A stretch of DNA of 64,000 bases from Henriciella sp. (lineage in GTDB: Bacteria > Pseudomonadota > Alphaproteobacteria > Caulobacterales > Hyphomonadaceae): the NCBI RefSeq assembly GCF_029937755.1, contig NZ_JAPYPG010000002.1:99648-163647 (forward strand). The letters run 5' to 3'. Every line of letters begins with the position of its first letter. Within the stretch, counting starts at the first letter, position 1. Positions 20,858 through 33,484 of this stretch are shown piece after piece. The notes beneath the pieces were generated by a model. That model was not told where the DNA came from, did no database searches, and was given only the letters and a program-made list of their open reading frames with translations. Made by a program: the position numbers and the translations under genes.

Positions 20858-22125
20858 TCGAACCTCAATGCATCGACAGGGTCCAGCCGCGCAGCGTTCC
20901 AGGCCGGCCAGATCGTAACGAGGATGGACATGCTCATCGCCCAGAGCGTGGTGAACAGCGCCTCACCCCAATCGAGTTCTGCCGGCAGACCATCAAGGCC
21001 GTAAACATCAGCCGCAAAGATTTCACGTCCCATGATCAGGCTTAGCGCAGCTTCTACGGCATCAATGTTAAGGACGATAAGGACGCCAAGACCGAGACCG
21101 ATGAGCGCCCCTGTCAGGCCAAGAATAGCGCCGATCATGATAAAGATCCGCATGATGGCGCCCCGCGTCGCCCCTATCGTCCTCAGAATAGCGATATCAC
21201 GCGTCTTGTTCTTCACCAGCATGACCACGCCGGTGATGATGTTGAGCGCAGTAATCGTGATCAGGATCAGCATGATGACCCGCATCATGCCGCGCTCGAC
21301 GTTCAGCGCATTGAAATAGGATGCGCGCTGCTGCTTCCAGTCCTGCAGGTAATATTGACCATTAGTGGCCTCATTGATGTGCCGCATGGCGAGCTCCGAC
21401 CTCATCGGATCTTCAACACGCACATCGACAAGCTGGTACTGGCCCTTCCTGTTGAAGAAGAGCTGCGCCTGCTGCATCGGCATCAGGACGTACAGCTTGT
21501 CGAGTTCGACACTGCCCGTCGTGAAAGTGCCACCAACTGTGTAGGTCTTGCTGCGGGGGGTCACCCCGAATGGCCCGGAAACGCCCTCAGGCGCGATCAG
21601 CCTGATCTCGTCTCCCGGCCGGATGCGCAGATCAGACGCCAGGAAGGCGCCGATCATGACAACGTCACCGCCATTCTTGCCTTCTCCCCATCCGACTGCT
21701 TCAGCCTCGCCCAGGCCGCCTTCGAGATAGGGAAGTTTGTCCATGTCCTGAGGGCGAATTCCTCGCACCAGCGCGCCCGTGCGAGCATAGTCTGACGTCG
21801 CCAGAACCTGCTGTTCGATTATGGGCGAGGCGCTTTTGATATCCGGCAGCTCGATGATCCGCTTGGCGAGTTCGTCGACATCTCCAGCCGGGTAATCCTC
21901 TACCTGCACGAAGACATGTCCCTGTCCGCCCAGAAGCGCATTCAGCAGTGTGGACCGGAAACCGGCCATGACAGACATGATCACGATCAACGCCATGACG
22001 GCGAGCATGATGCCAAAGAATGAAATGATGGAGATGAGAGAAACGCCGCCATGGGCCCGGCGCGCCCTCAGATAGCGCCACGCTAGTGCGCGTTCGACCC
22101 CGCCGAATGGCGCAGACTTCGCCAT
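20854..22125 (-). CDS. lolC: Lipoprotein-releasing ABC transporter permease LolC/E
   Basis: [58 protein letters not shown]. Confidence 0.9.
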   Translation of the reverse strand: MAKSAPFGGVERALAWRYLRARRAHGGVSLISIISFFGIMLAVMALIVIMSVMAGFRSTLLNALLGGQGHVFVQVEDYPAGDVDELAKRIIELPDIKSASPIIEQQVLATSDYARTGALVRGIRPQDMDKLPYLEGGLGEAEAVGWGEGKNGGDVVMIGAFLASDLRIRPGDEIRLIAPEGVSGPFGVTPRSKTYTVGGTFTTGSVELDKLYVLMPMQQAQLFFNRKGQYQLVDVRVEDPMRSELAMRHINEATNGQYYLQDWKQQRASYFNALNVERGMMRVIMLILITITALNIITGVVMLVKNKTRDIAILRTIGATRGAIMRIFIMIGAILGLTGALIGLGLGVLIVLNIDAVEAALSLIMGREIFAADVYGLDGLPAELDWGEALFTTLWAMSMSILVTIWPAWNAARLDPVDALRFE

Positions 22126-23444
22126 CAGCCAGCCTTCACTTTCTCAATCGCTTCAGCCAGCGGCAGCTCCGTCTTCTCGCCGCTCTTGCGGTTTTTGAGC
22201 TCGACAACGCCATTTTCGATTCCGCGGGGGCCTATCACGATCTGCCAGGGCAGGCCGATCAGGTCCATACGGTTGAATTTGGATCCCGGCCGCTCTTCAG
22301 TATCGTCATACAATACGTCGAGGCCGGCCTGTTGCAGCGCCTCATAGGCATCGTCAGCCACCTTGGCGACTGTCTCATCCTTGGGCCGCATCGAAATCAA
22401 GCCCACTTCAAAAGGCGCTACCGATTGCGGCCAGACAATACCGTTCTCGTCATGGCAGGCTTCAATGATACCGCCAACCAGACGGGAAACACCAATCCCG
22501 TAGCTGCCCATCTGAACCGGCACGGTTTCACCATCAGCGGTTTGCACGGTCGCGTTCATCGCCTTCGAATACTTGGTGCCGAAGAAGAAAATATGACCGA
22601 CTTCGATACCACGCGCAGAAACCTGCCGGTCTGTCGGGATTTTACCGAACTCGGCTTCATCATGCTTTTCTTCGGTCGCCGCGTAGAAATCGGTTCTCTT
22701 CGCAACCTCACCGGAGACGTCACCATCAAAGTCGAGATCGAGCCCCGGCGCAGGCAGGTCGAGCATGGCCTTGTCGCAGAATACGGCGCTCTCGCCGGTG
22801 TCCGCCAGGATGATAAATTCATGGCTGAGGTCGCCACCAATCGGGCCAGTATCGGCCTGCATCGGAATAGCCGTCAGGCCCATACGGTCGAATGCGTTGA
22901 GATAGGCGCAGAACATCTGGTTGTAGCTGGCACGCGCCCCCTCTTCCGTCAGGTCGAACGAGTAGGCGTCCTTCATGAGGAATTCGCGACCACGCATCAC
23001 ACCGAAGCGCGGCCTGATCTCGTCGCGGAACTTCCATTGAGTATGGTAGAGATTGAGCGGCAACGCCTTGTAGCTCTTCACATAAGAGCGGAAGACATCC
23101 GTGATCAGCTCTTCATTGGTCGGGCCGAAGAGCATTTCCCGCTCATGGCGGTCGGTGATGCGAAGCATCTCCTTGCCATAATCGTCATAACGACCGCTTT
23201 CCTGCCAGAGTTCAGCCTGCTGGATCGTCGGCATGAGAAGCTCGATCGCGCCGGCACGGTTCATCTCTTCCCGCACGATCTGCTCGATCTTCTGCAGGAC
23301 ACGGAAACCAAGCGGCAGCCACGTGTAGATGCCAGCCCCATTCTGCCGGACCATACCGGTCCGGAGCATCAGCTGGTGAGAAACGATCGCCGCATCAGCG
23401 GGCACATCCTTGGAAACAGGCAGGAAATAGCGCGTCAGTCGCAT
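22125..23444 (-). CDS. proS: Proline--tRNA ligase (short alphaproteobacterial type)
   Basis: Start re-set to MRLTRYFLP; [39 protein letters not shown]. Confidence 0.98.
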   Translation of the reverse strand: MRLTRYFLPVSKDVPADAAIVSHQLMLRTGMVRQNGAGIYTWLPLGFRVLQKIEQIVREEMNRAGAIELLMPTIQQAELWQESGRYDDYGKEMLRITDRHEREMLFGPTNEELITDVFRSYVKSYKALPLNLYHTQWKFRDEIRPRFGVMRGREFLMKDAYSFDLTEEGARASYNQMFCAYLNAFDRMGLTAIPMQADTGPIGGDLSHEFIILADTGESAVFCDKAMLDLPAPGLDLDFDGDVSGEVAKRTDFYAATEEKHDEAEFGKIPTDRQVSARGIEVGHIFFFGTKYSKAMNATVQTADGETVPVQMGSYGIGVSRLVGGIIEACHDENGIVWPQSVAPFEVGLISMRPKDETVAKVADDAYEALQQAGLDVLYDDTEERPGSKFNRMDLIGLPWQIVIGPRGIENGVVELKNRKSGEKTELPLAEAIEKVKAG

Positions 23445-23554
23445 GGTATTGAAGACTCGATACAAGCTTGTTGGTCTGGCTCGTGTTATTGGCTGAAACG
23501 CCAATTGGCTAGTGCGCGAATGCAATGTCAGGCGGACTGACCACCCCGCCGACC

Positions 23555-23797
23555 CTAGCGGCCATAGTATTGCAGGAGCGGGATCACAATCACGCCGGCA
23601 ATGATCGTGCAGATGACCGCGCCAATCGTTGCCCAAAGGGCCTTCTTGGGCATCATATGCCGAGCGGGGGCGCCTTCTTCGGTCCCCTCTTCGACATCGC
23701 CCTCTTCAAACTGCCCCCGCACGCCGATGGGCAGGACAACAAACAGGCAGATCCACCAGGAGATAAGAAAAATGACTATGCCGCCGACAAGGTTCAT
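23555..23797 (-). CDS. DUF1467-like small membrane protein
   Basis: 80 aa with two TM segments and [14 protein letters not shown]...GAP; usual position between mce and proS. Confidence 0.8.
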   Translation of the reverse strand: MNLVGGIVIFLISWWICLFVVLPIGVRGQFEEGDVEEGTEEGAPARHMMPKKALWATIGAVICTIIAGVIVIPLLQYYGR

Positions 23798-24228
23798 CAG
23801 TGATCGCCTTTCGGGGTCTCCATCAGTTCGACCAGAACACCATTCGTATTCTTCGGATGGACGAAAACGATGGGCGTACCATGGGCGCCGATGCGGGGCT
23901 CGCCCAGCACAGTCGCCCCGCGATCCTTCATGACACTGACCGCTTCGTGAATATCCTCAACCTCAAAGCAGACATGGTGCTGGCCGCCTTTGGGGTTCTT
24001 CTGGATGAAGTTATGGATCGGGCTGTCTTCGTTCAGAGGCTCGATCAGCTCGATCTGGCTGTTCGGAAGGTTGACGAAACAGACCTTCACGCCCTGGGCC
24101 GGCATGTCGAAAGGGTCGGTAATATCGGTCGCACCGTACAGGGTCCTGTAGGTCTCGATGGCTTCCGGCAGCGATGGCACAGCCACACCAACATGGTTGA
24201 GCGGACCGAGTTTGAATTCCTTCGACAT
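23797..24228 (-). CDS. mce: Methylmalonyl-CoA epimerase (VOC family)
   Basis: LNHVGVAV, QIELIEP, GGQHHVCFEVEDI, GAHGTPIVFVHPK, VLVELME. Confidence 0.95.
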   Translation of the reverse strand: MSKEFKLGPLNHVGVAVPSLPEAIETYRTLYGATDITDPFDMPAQGVKVCFVNLPNSQIELIEPLNEDSPIHNFIQKNPKGGQHHVCFEVEDIHEAVSVMKDRGATVLGEPRIGAHGTPIVFVHPKNTNGVLVELMETPKGDH

Positions 24229-24238
24229 CTTCGTTTCC

Positions 24239-25918
24239 TCACACTCTCATGATCGTCACATCGACGAGCGGCTTGCGGCCAAATACGCGCTCGCATGACC
24301 GCCTGATCGTTCTTACCAGAACCGTCTCCACCGTATCATCGTCAAGCCGCTTGCGGCGTGACAAACCGTCCAGCGCCTCATCGCAGGCCATCTCGACAGC
24401 ATCGAGAGACTCGTCAGCCAGGCTGCCATCCTCTTCGGAAAGCCCCCGAGATGTCAGGTAAGGCCCGTCTGCAATGCTTCCATCCTCATCAAACGTAATG
24501 CTGGCTGTTACGTAGCCATACTTTGAAATAGCGATGCGTTCACCGAGGCCCTCAGAATTTGCCGGCACCAGACGCGAGCCGTCGAGATGGAGACGACCGT
24601 TTGGCACAACGTCTATACACTCTGCCTTGCCGGGCCAGAGCCGGATCATATCGCCGTTGCGGGGCGTGACAGCTTCGGGCACCTGCATGCTTCGCGCGAA
24701 GGCCGCATGCTCCATGATGTGGCGGCGTTCCCCATGAACGGGCACGGAAATACGAGGACGGACCCACTGATACATGCGCTCCAGCTCGTCCCGCGCCGGA
24801 TGGCCGGACACATGAATGGGATCCTGCGTCATACGGTCGGTAATAATGCGCACACCCCGCTCGGCGAGGGCGTTCTGCATATCAAAAATGCCCTTCTCGT
24901 TGCCAGGAATGACACGGGAAGAGAAAATAGCCGTATCACCTTCACCAAGCGACAGATTTCGGTGCGTTCCCGCAGAAATCCGCCCAAGTGCTGCACGTTC
25001 CTCACCCTGACTGCCCGTGCAGAGATAGAGGATCTTGTCCGCGGGGAATGATCCAGCGTCTGCCTCATCGACCAGATCGGGCAGGTCCTTCAGCACCCCG
25101 GTCTGTAGGGCGGCATCGACAATCTTGTGCATGCTGCGACCCGCCAGACAAACGCTGCGATCCGCTTTTTTGGCTGCTTCGATAACGGTCGCCACCCGCG
25201 CAACATTCGATGCGAACGTTGCAACGGCTACCCGCCCCTTGAGGCTTGCAATCAGCTCGATGAGATTGTGTCGAACAGTCGCTTCGGATCCGCTTTCGCC
25301 ATCGACGAAAACGTTGGTGCTGTCACAGACCATGGCGAGAACGCCCTCGTCTCCCAGCTTCTTCAACCCGTCGACATCGACACCTTCGCCAATCAACGGG
25401 TCAGGATCGATCTTCCAGTCACCCGTATGCAGGATGGTGCCCGACGGGGTCTTGATAGCGAGCGCATTCGGTTCCGGAATGGAGTGCGTCAGCGTAACAT
25501 ACGTCACAGTAAACGGGCCGGCCTCGACCTGACCTTCGAGCGGAACGACATTCACGTCGACGTGCCCTAAGCCTCTCTCGGCCAGCTTTCCGGCCACCAG
25601 ATGCGCCGTAAAAGGTGTCGCATAGAGCGGGGCACGAAGCCGTGGCCAGAGAAGGCCTACAGCCCCGATATGATCTTCGTGGGCGTGAGTCAGGAAGATC
25701 GCATCAATATTCTCTGCATGATCCTCGATGAATTGGGGATCAGCGCAGATAAGGTCGATACCCGGCGTTGTATCGTCTCCAAAAGTCACACCAAGATCGA
25801 CCAGGATCCAGCGCCGATCATCGGACGGACCATAGCCATAGGCGTTCAAATTCATACCGATCTCGCCACATCCACCAAGCGGCAGGAAGACGAGTTCGGG
25901 CGTGTCCAGATTGGGCAT
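24239..25918 (-). CDS. rnj: Ribonuclease J
   Basis: Start likely MPNLDTP; PLGGCGEIGMN, THAHEDHIGA, HTGDWKID, HVSGH. Confidence 0.96.
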   Translation of the reverse strand: MPNLDTPELVFLPLGGCGEIGMNLNAYGYGPSDDRRWILVDLGVTFGDDTTPGIDLICADPQFIEDHAENIDAIFLTHAHEDHIGAVGLLWPRLRAPLYATPFTAHLVAGKLAERGLGHVDVNVVPLEGQVEAGPFTVTYVTLTHSIPEPNALAIKTPSGTILHTGDWKIDPDPLIGEGVDVDGLKKLGDEGVLAMVCDSTNVFVDGESGSEATVRHNLIELIASLKGRVAVATFASNVARVATVIEAAKKADRSVCLAGRSMHKIVDAALQTGVLKDLPDLVDEADAGSFPADKILYLCTGSQGEERAALGRISAGTHRNLSLGEGDTAIFSSRVIPGNEKGIFDMQNALAERGVRIITDRMTQDPIHVSGHPARDELERMYQWVRPRISVPVHGERRHIMEHAAFARSMQVPEAVTPRNGDMIRLWPGKAECIDVVPNGRLHLDGSRLVPANSEGLGERIAISKYGYVTASITFDEDGSIADGPYLTSRGLSEEDGSLADESLDAVEMACDEALDGLSRRKRLDDDTVETVLVRTIRRSCERVFGRKPLVDVTIMRV

Positions 25919-25919
25919 G

Positions 25920-26693
25920 TCAGCCTTTGCTGTTGCGTCTGTAAATTTCAAGCAGGCCCGATTCCATCAGGCTCTGGTCGTAGTGATCTATGGTCGCGCT
26001 CGCGCCTTCAAAGAGGGAGGCCACACCTCCCGTCGCAATCACTGTCATCGGCCGGCCGTATTCTGCCTTCACACGGCGCACAAGACCGTCGATCAGGTCA
26101 ATATAGCCCCAGAAGACACCAGTCTGCATTGCGGCCACGGTTGAGTCGCCAATTATTTTCTGCGGGCGCTGGATGGCGATGCGTGGCAACTGCGCAGCTG
26201 CATCATGAAGCGCACGCATGGACAGGTTGATGCCCGGACTGATAATGCCGCCTTCGAATCCGCCATCTGCGCCCACGACATCCAGCGTCGTCGCCGTCCC
26301 ACTATCAATGACAATCAGCGGTCCCGGATAGGCAATATGAGCCCCGATCGCCGCGACAAGGCGGTCAGCGCCCACCTGCTCTGGCCGGGGAATACGGATG
26401 GGCACGCCCAGCTCCACACCCTCCTCCCCCACGACGAGGGGTTCGACGCCGAAATACCGCCGCGAGAGATTGCGGAAGTTGAACAGGGCTTGCGGAACGA
26501 CGCAGGAAATCACGCACGCATCAATGTCGTAGAGCGAGACCTTGCGCATATCCATGAGCGGGCCAAGCCACACAACAAAGTCATCGGCGGTGCGGCGTGG
26601 GTCCGTTGCACTACGCCACATGGCGACCCAGTCTTTGCCATCGTGCAACGCAAAGACAGTGTTGGTATTGCCGACATCAATCGCAAGCAGCAT
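25920..26693 (-). CDS. coaX: Type III pantothenate kinase
   Basis: [29 protein letters not shown]. Confidence 0.96.
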   Translation of the reverse strand: MLLAIDVGNTNTVFALHDGKDWVAMWRSATDPRRTADDFVVWLGPLMDMRKVSLYDIDACVISCVVPQALFNFRNLSRRYFGVEPLVVGEEGVELGVPIRIPRPEQVGADRLVAAIGAHIAYPGPLIVIDSGTATTLDVVGADGGFEGGIISPGINLSMRALHDAAAQLPRIAIQRPQKIIGDSTVAAMQTGVFWGYIDLIDGLVRRVKAEYGRPMTVIATGGVASLFEGASATIDHYDQSLMESGLLEIYRRNSKG

Positions 26694-27438
26694 CGCCACC
26701 GACCTCCCTTACAAGCTCCACATCGCCCGCTCTTATGATCTGCTCCGCGCCTCCGGGCAATTCAAGCCGCAACCCGCCATCCGGAGCGACGCCCTTGAAG
26801 ACACCGCGAACGGCCTTGTCGCCCTGCCCGGCAGCTACAGTCTGGCCCATGCCTTCAGCCAGTGTTTCCCACTCGCGCAGCAAGGCGGGAAAGTCTTCCC
26901 GCGCCTGGGTGATCCGTCTTGCGAAGGCCGGGCGAAGCGCATCGATAATAAACTCCGGAGTGACGGCATGATTGGCCCCAAGACGAGCCAGCGACGTCGT
27001 CGTCTGCCCCGAACCTTCCGGTGCGGTCTGGACGTTCAGCCCCATACCAGCAGCAACCCACACACCGACCTGCTCCGTCTGACCGGCTTCGACAAGGATA
27101 CCGCAAAGCTTTGCCCCATCCACCCGCACATCATTTGGCCATTTCAGCCTGACATCGACGCTTGGAATAACGGTCGCACAGACATCGGCGATGGCAAGGC
27201 CTGCCGCGAAGGGGAAACGGGTCGCCAGCCCGACGCCGCCCGGTTCAAGAAACAAGGCCGTACAAAACAGGTTACCAACTGGGGAAAGCCATTGGCGCCC
27301 GAGTCGTCCACGTCCAGCTGTCTGCTGCTTTGCGGCAATCCAGAGGGGGCCATACATATGGGCCTGAGCCAGCCGACGGGCTTCTTCATTCGTGCTGTCG
27401 ATCGTCTCGTGCCACTGGACAGGCGCGTCAGGTGTCAC
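26677..27438 (-). CDS. birA: Biotin--[acetyl-CoA-carboxylase] ligase (no HTH domain)
   Basis: [31 protein letters not shown]. Confidence 0.96.
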   Translation of the reverse strand: MTPDAPVQWHETIDSTNEEARRLAQAHMYGPLWIAAKQQTAGRGRLGRQWLSPVGNLFCTALFLEPGGVGLATRFPFAAGLAIADVCATVIPSVDVRLKWPNDVRVDGAKLCGILVEAGQTEQVGVWVAAGMGLNVQTAPEGSGQTTTSLARLGANHAVTPEFIIDALRPAFARRITQAREDFPALLREWETLAEGMGQTVAAGQGDKAVRGVFKGVAPDGGLRLELPGGAEQIIRAGDVELVREVGGDAACD

Positions 27439-28859
27439 TGATAGAACCCGGCCGCCGCACTTGTTGCCCAGTCCGCAAACGGCCCAATGAAGATAAAGAG
27501 CGCGATACAGGCTGCAGCAGCTGCATAGATCGCTGTCGTCACCATCGCGTCCACAGGCTGGAAGCGCTCTGCCGGCTCACGCACCCACATCACGAGAATG
27601 ATGCGGAGATAATACCCGAAGGCGAGCACCGAACTGAGCACGAGCACAATCAGGAGCGGCAGAAGGCCTGCGTTCCAGCCTGCTTCGAAGATGAGAAGCT
27701 TGCCGAGGAAGCCAACAGCCAGCGGAAAACCGGCGACCGAGATCACCAGAATGGTCAGGGCAATCGCCATTCCCGTGCGCCGGCGCACAAGGCCAGCCAG
27801 TTCATCAATGCTCTCCACCATGCCGCCTTCGCGCCGCATCGCAAGGACGCCACCGAAGAGGCCGATCGAGGCTATGACGTAGGATGTCATGAAGACCAGG
27901 AGCGCCGCCGCGCCATATTCCGGACCGGCTGCGACCGCGATCAGCGCATAGCCCATATTGGCAATCGACGAGTAGCCGAGCAGACGCTTGAGATTGTTCT
28001 GGATGAGCGCCCCGAAGGCACCGATGATCATCGAGAGCGTCGCAATGATGGCGATCACCATCTGCCAGTCTTCGAAGACGCCCGGAAAGGCCGTGAACAT
28101 GAGGTTCGCGAAAACCACCATGCTGGCCATTTTCGGCGCCGTGGCGAAGAAAGCCACAACCGGGCTTGGTGCGCCTTCATAGACGTCGGGGGTCCACACG
28201 TGCATGGGCGCGGCCGAGACCTTGAAGGCCATGCCGGAAATCATCAGCACCATGCCGAAGAGCAGGCCTATGCCGCCTTCTGCGTCTGCGATTGCTGCGT
28301 AGCTCGTCGAGCCGACAAAGCCGTAGACCAGTGAAATGCCATAGAGCAGGATACCGGACGCCAGGGCGCCAAGGACGAAGTATTTCAGGCCTGCCTCGGC
28401 GGACCGCATGGAATCGCGGTGGAATGCGGCCAGGACATAGGAGGACAGGCTGAGCGTCTCGATGCCCATATAGAGCGTCATCAGGTTGGAAGCCGACAGG
28501 ATGATACCCATCCCCATCGAGGCAAAGATCACCAGCAGCGGGTACTCGTAACGGATCGTCTCGTGGCGCTTCAGGAAGTTCTCACCCATGAGAAGCGTGA
28601 CTGCGCCGGCACCGAAGCTAACGACCTTGGCAAAGTTCACGAAAGGCGACGTGGTCACCAGTCCATTGAAGGCCTCGCCGCCTTCCCAGTTCAGCAGAAC
28701 GGTACAAAGCGCAGCAATCAGCGACGCCGCGCCAAATTTGAACGACAGGCTGTTGAAGCGGTCACCGAAAACCGCCCCAAGCAGCACGCCCAGAAGGCCG
28801 GCAAGCGCCAGCAGCATTTCCGGGCCAATGGCCGCAATCATCGCCTCGAAGTCCAGCAT
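27435..28859 (-). CDS. nuoN: NADH-quinone oxidoreductase subunit N
   Basis: [43 protein letters not shown]. Confidence 0.97.
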   Translation of the reverse strand: MLDFEAMIAAIGPEMLLALAGLLGVLLGAVFGDRFNSLSFKFGAASLIAALCTVLLNWEGGEAFNGLVTTSPFVNFAKVVSFGAGAVTLLMGENFLKRHETIRYEYPLLVIFASMGMGIILSASNLMTLYMGIETLSLSSYVLAAFHRDSMRSAEAGLKYFVLGALASGILLYGISLVYGFVGSTSYAAIADAEGGIGLLFGMVLMISGMAFKVSAAPMHVWTPDVYEGAPSPVVAFFATAPKMASMVVFANLMFTAFPGVFEDWQMVIAIIATLSMIIGAFGALIQNNLKRLLGYSSIANMGYALIAVAAGPEYGAAALLVFMTSYVIASIGLFGGVLAMRREGGMVESIDELAGLVRRRTGMAIALTILVISVAGFPLAVGFLGKLLIFEAGWNAGLLPLLIVLVLSSVLAFGYYLRIILVMWVREPAERFQPVDAMVTTAIYAAAAACIALFIFIGPFADWATSAAAGFYQ

Positions 28860-28865
28860 GGGCGA

Positions 28866-30356
28866 TTATCCTCCGGTGATCATCTGCAGCGCGCGCAGGC
28901 TCGACTCGCGCGTCACGTCGAAAACTAGGTTGGGCACCACGCCGAGCAGCAGCGTGCCGATAAGGAGCGGAACCAACGTAATCAGTTCCTTGACCGATAC
29001 GTCCTTGATGCCTTCCAGCGCCGGGTTCGTGACCTGGCCGAACACGGTGCGCCGATAGAGCGTCAGCATGTAGACAGCCGAGAAGATCACGCCGAGTGCG
29101 GCACCGGCGGCGGCCCAGGTCGATGCCTGGAAGGCACCGGTCATGGTCAGGATCTCACCGACGAAGCCACTGGTGCCCGGCAAGCCGACATTGGCCATCG
29201 AGAACAGCATGAAGATGGCCGCATAGACAGGCATCTTGTGAACCAGACCACCATAGGCCGCGATCTCACGCGTATGCATCCGGTCATAAACGACACCGAC
29301 GATGAGGAAGAGCGCGCCCGAGATCAAACCGTGCGAAATCATCTGGAAGATCGCACCCTGAACGCCGACCTCTGTGAAAGAGAAGATACCGAGCGTCACG
29401 AAGCCCATATGCGCAACAGACGAGTAGGCGATCAGCTTCTTCATGTCTGTCTGGCGCCAGGCAACCAGCGATGCGTAGACAATGGCAATCACCGACAGGG
29501 CAAACATCATCGGTTGGAAGAACTGGCTCGCATCCGGAAACATCGGCAGCGAGAAACGCAGGAAGCCATAGCCACCCATCTTCAGAAGAACACCGGCAAG
29601 GATAACCGAGCCCGCCGTCGGCGCCTGAACGTGCGCGTCCGGTAGCCATGTGTGGACTGGCCACATTGGCAGCTTCACCGCAAAGGACGCAAAGAAGGCC
29701 AGCCAGAGCCAGGTCTGCACCTCCGGCGCAAAAGCAAACGTCTCAAGCTGCGTTATATCCGACGTGCCCGCCTGCAGGTACATGAACACCACCGCGGCCA
29801 GCATGAAGAGCGAGCCGAGCAGCGTGTACAGGAAGAACTTGTAGGACGCGTAGATCCGGTCCGCTCCACCCCAGACACCGATGATGATGAACATCGGGAT
29901 GAGGCCTGCCTCGAAGAAGACGTAGAAGACCACAAGATCGAGTGCACAGAAGACACCGATCATGAATGTCTCGAGCACCAGGAAAGCGATCGTGTATTCG
30001 GTCAGCCGTTCCTTAACTGAGCCGAAGGAGGCAATCAGGCTGAGCGGCGTGAGAAGCGTCGTAAGCAGGATCAGCATCAGAGACATGCCGTCGATGCCGA
30101 GCTTGTACTGCACATTCGCAAACCAGCTCACCTCTTCGACGAGCTGATAGCCTTCAGCGTCCATATCGAAGCTCGCGAGCATGACAAGCGATGCAAGGAA
30201 AGTGGCGACCGAGAAAATGAGGCCTGCTGTGAGCGCCTTGTTACCGGTCGCGACATCGTTCTCCTGGCTGCCCGTCATGGCGCGCACGAGCATGATCAGC
30301 ACGGCGCCAGCGAGCGGCAGGAAGATGACCGCTGAGAGAATCGGGAAATTGCCCAT
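28866..30356 (-). CDS. nuoM: NADH-quinone oxidoreductase subunit M
   Basis: [42 protein letters not shown]. Confidence 0.98.
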   Translation of the reverse strand: MGNFPILSAVIFLPLAGAVLIMLVRAMTGSQENDVATGNKALTAGLIFSVATFLASLVMLASFDMDAEGYQLVEEVSWFANVQYKLGIDGMSLMLILLTTLLTPLSLIASFGSVKERLTEYTIAFLVLETFMIGVFCALDLVVFYVFFEAGLIPMFIIIGVWGGADRIYASYKFFLYTLLGSLFMLAAVVFMYLQAGTSDITQLETFAFAPEVQTWLWLAFFASFAVKLPMWPVHTWLPDAHVQAPTAGSVILAGVLLKMGGYGFLRFSLPMFPDASQFFQPMMFALSVIAIVYASLVAWRQTDMKKLIAYSSVAHMGFVTLGIFSFTEVGVQGAIFQMISHGLISGALFLIVGVVYDRMHTREIAAYGGLVHKMPVYAAIFMLFSMANVGLPGTSGFVGEILTMTGAFQASTWAAAGAALGVIFSAVYMLTLYRRTVFGQVTNPALEGIKDVSVKELITLVPLLIGTLLLGVVPNLVFDVTRESSLRALQMITGG

Positions 30357-32515
30357 CAGCCCGCGCCTCCGACGCGCCAGAAGATCACCGCGCCGAACAC
30401 GAGGGCTGCGCCGATGATCACGAATGCATAGTGGTAGAGATAGCCGGTGTGCATGGCCGACTGGCGGCGTGACACCCAGCGTACGAGTGACGTGATGCCG
30501 TCAGGCCCAAGGCCGTCAATGATGCGCTTGTCGCCCGTCTTCCAGAAGAAGCCGCCCAGCCATCGGGACCCGGCAATGATCGTCGCATTGTAGATCTCGT
30601 CGAAATACCATTTGTTTGCGAACAGGCTGTGAAGCGGGCCGCCCGACTCCGCAATCTTCCGGCCAAAGCCGCGATTGAAGAGGTAGGTGAAGGTCGCGAT
30701 CAGGAAGCCGGTCACGGTGACGAAAAGCGGCGCCCAGAAAACCCACTCGGGTACATTGTACTTCTCTTCGAGAAGGTGATTGTCCGCCGTCGTGTAGATC
30801 GCTCCGGCCCAGAACTGCCCCTGATCATGGCCGACGAAAGAGCCGTAGAAGATCAGGCCGGCAAAGATGGCCCCAAGCGACAACAGTCCGAGCGGAATAA
30901 GCATGACCAGCGGCGATTCATGCGGGTCGCCGTGATGGTGATCATGTCCATGATCGTCATGAGCGAGATGGTCGTCTGCATGGCTGTCTGCCTCATGGAC
31001 ATCGGCAGGCATCGAGTCTTCGCGCGGGCCGTGGAACGTCATGTAGATGAGGCGCCATGAATAGAAGCTGGTCAGCAGTGCAGCGAGAATACCGAACCAG
31101 AAAGCAACCTGCGCAAAGGTGATGCCGTTCTCGGTCGCGGCAAAGGCAGTTTCCAGAATGGCATCTTTTGAGAAGAAGCCGGCGAAACCGAGCTGCGTGT
31201 GCGGCAGGCCCAGACCGATGATCGCAATTGTACCGATCATCATGGCGGCATAGGTCAGCGGCATGTATTTCGCCACGCCGCCCATCCGGCGCATGTCCTG
31301 CTCATGATGCATGCCATGGATGACCGAGCCGGCACCAAGGAAGAGCAGAGCCTTGAAGAAAGCGTGCGTGAACAGGTGGAACATGGCGGCCTGATAGGCA
31401 CCAATGCCCGCCGCAAAGAACATGTAACCAAGCTGCGAACAGGTCGAATAGGCAATGACCCGCTTGATGTCGTTTTGCGCCATGCCAACCGTCGCGGCAT
31501 AGAGCGCGGTCACGGCACCAATGATCGTCACCATCCCGGCGGCCCACGGAGCATACTCGTAAATCGGGGAGACAAGGCAGACGAGATAGACGCCTGCCGT
31601 CACCATGGTTGCGGCGTGGATCAGTGCTGAGACTGGCGTCGGGCCTTCCATGGCGTCCGGCAGCCAGACGTGGAGGAAAAACTGGGCCGATTTGCCCATG
31701 GCACCGATAAAGAGCAGGACGCCGATAATCTCCAGGGCCGGCACGTCCCAGGCAAGGAACGGAATGACCAGCTCCTGGATAGGCGCTGCACCAGCCAGCG
31801 CCAGTGGCGTAACCGTTGCGTTCTCCTTGATCGCAGAAAGAACCGGTTCGAACTCGACAGACCCGAAGACCACGAAGACAGCCATGATCCCAAGCGCGAG
31901 GCCAAAGTCGCCGACGCGATTAGTTACGAACGCCTTGATGGCCGCGTCGTTCGGCGCCTTGTTATGGTACCAGAAACCAATGAGGAGGTAGGAGGCAAGA
32001 CCCACGCCTTCCCAGCCGAAGAAGAGCTGGATGAAATTGTCGGCCGTCACGAGCATCAGCATCGCGAACGTGAAGAGCGACAGGTAAGAGAAGAAACGCG
32101 CGCGGTGCGGATCTTCCGACATATAGCCCCAGGAATACAGGTGAACGAGGCCCGAGACGCCCGTAATAACGGCCATCATGACAATGGAGAGCGCATCGAC
32201 GCGAATTGCCCAGTCAGCCTGGAATTGACCGACATCAATCCAGGGCAGCAGCGTGATGATGTGCTGGATGGATGCGACCGCAGCTGACCCGTGCTCGCCG
32301 TCAGCCGGCCCGGCCGTGTGAACGGCTTCGGTAACGCCGCCACCAAATGCAAACATGAAAAGCTGAACGACCGAGAGGATGCCGGCAAGCCCGACCGTCC
32401 CGGTCGTCAGCACCATCGCACCGCTGTCGGTAATATATTTCTGGAACAGGCCAGCGATCAGAGCGGCAAGCCCCGGGCCCAGAACGATAAAGAGGAGTGC
32501 GTAATCCGGTAGCAT
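30356..32515 (-). CDS. nuoL: NADH-quinone oxidoreductase subunit L
   Basis: [23 protein letters not shown]...[25 protein letters not shown]. Confidence 0.98.
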   Translation of the reverse strand: MLPDYALLFIVLGPGLAALIAGLFQKYITDSGAMVLTTGTVGLAGILSVVQLFMFAFGGGVTEAVHTAGPADGEHGSAAVASIQHIITLLPWIDVGQFQADWAIRVDALSIVMMAVITGVSGLVHLYSWGYMSEDPHRARFFSYLSLFTFAMLMLVTADNFIQLFFGWEGVGLASYLLIGFWYHNKAPNDAAIKAFVTNRVGDFGLALGIMAVFVVFGSVEFEPVLSAIKENATVTPLALAGAAPIQELVIPFLAWDVPALEIIGVLLFIGAMGKSAQFFLHVWLPDAMEGPTPVSALIHAATMVTAGVYLVCLVSPIYEYAPWAAGMVTIIGAVTALYAATVGMAQNDIKRVIAYSTCSQLGYMFFAAGIGAYQAAMFHLFTHAFFKALLFLGAGSVIHGMHHEQDMRRMGGVAKYMPLTYAAMMIGTIAIIGLGLPHTQLGFAGFFSKDAILETAFAATENGITFAQVAFWFGILAALLTSFYSWRLIYMTFHGPREDSMPADVHEADSHADDHLAHDDHGHDHHHGDPHESPLVMLIPLGLLSLGAIFAGLIFYGSFVGHDQGQFWAGAIYTTADNHLLEEKYNVPEWVFWAPLFVTVTGFLIATFTYLFNRGFGRKIAESGGPLHSLFANKWYFDEIYNATIIAGSRWLGGFFWKTGDKRIIDGLGPDGITSLVRWVSRRQSAMHTGYLYHYAFVIIGAALVFGAVIFWRVGGAG

Positions 32516-32521
32516 CTGGCC

Positions 32522-32830
32522 CTACCCCTTCATCAGGTCGACGCTCTCGACGGCGATATCGCCGCGATTGCGGAAGTACACAACAAGGATCGCAAGGCCG
32601 ACGGCGGCTTCAGCAGCCGCGACCGTCAGCACCAGCATGGCGAATATCTGGCCGGTGATGGTTCCGGAGAACACCGAAAAGGCGACCAGGTTGATGTTCA
32701 CCGACAAGAGGATGAGCTCAAGCGCCATCAGGATGACGATGATGTTCTTGCGGTTCACGAAAATGCCGACCACGCCGACTGTGAACAGCACCGCCGAAAC
32801 GGCGAGAAAGTGATTGATGGAGATATCCAT
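32522..32830 (-). CDS. nuoK: NADH-quinone oxidoreductase subunit K
   Basis: Start re-set to MDISINHFL; [20 protein letters not shown]. Confidence 0.97.
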   Translation of the reverse strand: MDISINHFLAVSAVLFTVGVVGIFVNRKNIIVILMALELILLSVNINLVAFSVFSGTITGQIFAMLVLTVAAAEAAVGLAILVVYFRNRGDIAVESVDLMKG

Positions 32831-32832
32831 GA

Positions 32833-33423
32833 TTACAGCCCCTCGCCCGATTTGACGTCGATCCGGCGAATAGCGTCCTTGCGCCGCCGTGCCGTCTGGT
32901 GAGCAACGCTCTGACGCTTGACGTGCGGGCGATGGCGCAGCGTCAGAACGATAGCGCCAATCATGGCGACCAGCAGGATGAGGCCGGACATCTGGAACAG
33001 CAGCAGATAGTCGGTGTACATCACCTGGCCGATCGCCTCGGCATTGTTTTCGGCTCCCGGATACGGATTGAAGCTGTTGGCTGCTGTTCCGCGCGCGAAG
33101 GTCGCAAGCGCAATCTCGGCGATAAAGGCGATGCCCATCAGCGCACCGAATGGCAGGTAGCTGAGAAAGCCCTGTTTCAGCTCGACGAAATCGACGTCCA
33201 GCATCATGACCACAAACAGGAACAGCACGGCGACGGCGCCGACATAGACCACGACCAGAAGCATGGCCAGGAACTCCGCCCCGATCAGCACCATCAGGCC
33301 TGCTGAGGTGAAGAAGGTCAGGATCAGCCAAAGAACCGAGTGCACGGGGTTCTTCGCGGCAATCACACACACCGCAGATACCGTGACAATCGCGGCCAGA
33401 ATGTAGAAGGCGATCAATTCCAC
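32833..33423 (-). CDS. nuoJ: NADH-quinone oxidoreductase subunit J
   Basis: [15 protein letters not shown]...[28 protein letters not shown]. Confidence 0.97.
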   Translation of the reverse strand: MELIAFYILAAIVTVSAVCVIAAKNPVHSVLWLILTFFTSAGLMVLIGAEFLAMLLVVVYVGAVAVLFLFVVMMLDVDFVELKQGFLSYLPFGALMGIAFIAEIALATFARGTAANSFNPYPGAENNAEAIGQVMYTDYLLLFQMSGLILLVAMIGAIVLTLRHRPHVKRQSVAHQTARRRKDAIRRIDVKSGEGL

Positions 33424-33444
33424 CGGTTCAGCCCCAAAAATTGA

Positions 33445-33462
33445 GAGGCGGTCACCCGCCTC
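33445..33462 (-). other. GNRA-capped intercistronic hairpin between nuoI and nuoJ
   Basis: Minus strand GAGGCGG-GUGA-CCGCCUC, then UCAAUUUUUG. Confidence 0.55.
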
Positions 33463-33484
33463 GTGAGTTCCAGATTACGCCGCC

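Noticed and set aside
22086-23540. 484-aa antisense ORF covering all of proS
   Set aside because: It is in codon-for-codon register with proS. Such shadow ORFs are expected in GC-rich genes where TTA/CTA/TCA codons are rare; no motif or SD supports it.
30919-30997. His/Asp-rich loop in NuoL ([26 protein letters not shown])
   Set aside because: Common in alphaproteobacterial NuoL; not unusual.
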